This document shows, piece by piece, positions 62,901 through 64,000 of a stretch of DNA of 64,000 bases (positions are counted from its first letter, which is position 1; the number at the start of each line of letters is the position of its first letter). The DNA comes from a virus. The DNA is taken from IMG/VR virus record IMGVR_UViG_3300017565_000003; one strand, given 5' to 3'. Under the pieces are notes generated by a model. That model did no database searches and was not told the origin of the DNA. It saw only the letters and a list, made by a program, of their open reading frames with translations. A program made the translations under genes and the position numbers.

Positions 62901-64000
62901 TAGAGTAATTAGTTAATTGCCCTTGTAGAATCTTTTGGCGTTCGAGAGAAGTGTTTATTTCATCTAATCTAAGTTGGAGCTTGTTGGCGATGTAGATTTG
63001 TCTCTCCATTTCCTTACTTTGCTCTTCGGCAGCCTTTTTAACATTTTCAGCAGATTTGTAATATTGGCCATTATAATCCACAGCATTTGATAAAGAAGAG
63101 GTATATTCATCTAACTTTTCCGTAATATCAGCTAAAACATCAGACTCCATATTGCGAGCTTCCATACCAAACTTATAAGCAGTCATACCGTCTTGAGTTT
63201 CTAGGAATGGGTCATCAGCACGTTCTTTAGCCATAGTATATAGAGCATCAGAAGCTTGTTTATAAGCGTTTATCATATCTTTAAGAAGAGTAATACGATT
63301 TTTAACACCTATTGCAGCGTTTAAAGTCATCTGTTCCTCAGCAGATAGTTGTCCACTGGCGAGCTTATCGATGGCTTGCAACATTATGTCGGATTGCTCT
63401 ACTTCCTTCTCCATGCTTTCAATATGCATTTTTCCACCGGAAGCCAAGTGTGGATAAATAGTTGCGAGTTGTTCATATGCGGAACGTAACGTTTCTTTTT
63501 GTTCTGCTGATAGACTCTCTTGTGCAGACAGGGAGGAGTAGAGTGCAATTAATTCACGAGTAGAAGATAGTTCTTGGCTAGTTGTACCGATTAACTGTTG
63601 GGATAATTCAATTTTCTCTTCTTGTGCATCTGTGACACCTTCGATTGAATCAGATAGGACATCGTTAGCACCAGCTTCTTCATAAGTAGCATTAGCTAGT
63701 TGCTCTGAGGCTTCTTTAGTTTTGTCATAGGAAATCTCAAACTCGGATAACTGAGCATTTGTTGCGCCCATATTCTTCGCTAAATCTAAGATGTCTTGTT
63801 TAGCTTTATCGAATCCACTTGAATTCTCAGACTCATAAGCTCTTTGCATTTCATCAGATAGATTACCTAACTGAGTTGCATATGCTTCTAGTTCAGTTGC
63901 ATTCAAATCTGATAAATCCATAGATGATACAAGAGAAGTAATTTCCTTTTGAATAGAAGGGTCAATGTCTAACGTATTAAATGCTTGTGAGATTTTTAAC
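59983..64000 (-). CDS. tape measure protein with SLT and M23 domains (CwlP/YomI-like), 5'-truncated
   Basis: QESGFNP..GLMQLMP..AYNAG; H.G.D..YMHL..STGAHLH; frame open to the window end. Confidence 0.92.
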   Translation of the reverse strand, partial: LKISQAFNTLDIDPSIQKEITSLVSSMDLSDLNATELEAYATQLGNLSDEMQRAYESENSSGFDKAKQDILDLAKNMGATNAQLSEFEISYDKTKEASEQLANATYEEAGANDVLSDSIEGVTDAQEEKIELSQQLIGTTSQELSSTRELIALYSSLSAQESLSAEQKETLRSAYEQLATIYPHLASGGKMHIESMEKEVEQSDIMLQAIDKLASGQLSAEEQMTLNAAIGVKNRITLLKDMINAYKQASDALYTMAKERADDPFLETQDGMTAYKFGMEARNMESDVLADITEKLDEYTSSLSNAVDYNGQYYKSAENVKKAAEEQSKEMERQIYIANKLQLRLDEINTSLERQKILQGQLTNYSSKYRQSIKDEIKLLESKVKVLKDQRNEINQQIKSGNVTQYGVQTVSPSSSGSNYSSSSTSGTYGGKYASYINQAAQKYGVNPFLIAAIIQQESGFNPKAVSSAGARGLMQLMPGTASGLGVTNSFDPYQNIMGGTKYISQQLKAFGNDLSKALAAYNAGPGNVRKYGGIPPFKETQNYVNKVLGNFNKLAGSASNIATTFSSASQSVVDYYNSNFRTTSKFGQQESFRSSAHKGLDLANGKQGDPVKSLRAGKVITAAYSKTAGYWVVVQQDDGTVAKYMHLQKGLNVKAGQTVSSGQTLGKVGNTGRSTGAHLHLQIEQNGKAIDPQAYMNQLSSVGGSVSSSAADAQQALDNARGTSQGLYNDIMSAQAEIQQLQMALVESRIAYYQREQSLTEDNLAAAEAQITKESVGSKQWAKAMEDRRKITSRQVYLQKEQVNYLMQQIKYNKALTSEQKLQLNDMLTEANTQYQQMRQAFLELQMDMINSRVENYQREQSLLQDSIDLAEYSISRQKELSKEWNNEMMKKQDILQQQLVLQYKQIKYLRDQIKYNKDLSASQKDQLEDMLTEANSQYYSIKQNIASLNNDFRTAYETLGDEIVELYKEAYEKQRDAALQAIDDELKAYEKAHDEKLKMMEKEREEKAYQNDLDDRQEEIAMLKEERDLLSMDDSREARARLAEIQKELTDREKDLQDFFDDREYDIRREELDNSLESERDRLEKEREEVNDYYEKFLNDERKFAQIRKDILVGNFDAISKDLKYFAQNAANNMKYLGETIATTFIDSIGKARSALAEANDQFQQRAVIKNDTNLLTRDNKGNWVYKRRLSTGESYGITGYSSANGGMYKLGSGDLWVKAEDIDLKMSSFDTGGYTGAFGSSSQGKLAMLHEKELVLNKSDTSNFLKAIEITRSFANMIPKFQIPKLNNSSSTQQPTNNVTLNVSIDKVTGGQKGADEFLKGLGDKLRNKGVVFNV

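Larger units (their letters stand above)
1..64000. mobile_element. SPbeta-like large temperate phage (partial genome)
   Basis: Gene order yorF/G/H/I/J/M/P/Q/R-like, MTases, nrdIEF, SASP, RDF-attP-serine recombinase, lysis, tail and CwlP-like tape measure mirrors SPbeta; no flanking host chromosome visible. Confidence 0.93.

Noticed and set aside
1-64000. tRNA, rRNA, arbitrium genes or a tyrosine recombinase
   Set aside because: None recognisable by eye in this window; a tRNAscan/HMM run would be needed to exclude them fully

Overview
A 64-kb segment of a large, AT-rich SPbeta-like temperate phage of a spore-forming Bacillaceae host. The + strand (1-38.5 kb) carries early genes: a yorF-yorR-like replication block (SSB-like protein, AAA ATPase split by a group I intron, DnaB helicase, primase, Cas4/AddB-like exonuclease, family B DNA polymerase), four orphan DNA methyltransferases, nrdH-I-E-F/ymaB/thyA/dfr, an Rnl1 + nucleotidyltransferase + Pnk-HD RNA-repair trio, RusA and a SprB-like gene; a SASP gene lies on the opposite strand within this block. 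An intact attP-like inverted repeat (38495-38550) joins this arm to the - strand arm, which holds a large serine recombinase, accessory genes, lysis genes, tail proteins and a CwlP-like tape measure protein. The strongest unexplained structure is non-coding. First, about 16 copies of a dif/Xer-like palindrome (core ATAAAA-N6-TTTTAT) sit at accessory-gene junctions, four with a fixed-geometry accessory hairpin element. Second, a different direct-repeat motif brackets the C-terminal modules of two tail proteins. Together they suggest, by inference, a site-specific gene-cassette shuffling system whose recombinase is not in this window. All family assignments come from motifs read by eye; no searches were run.
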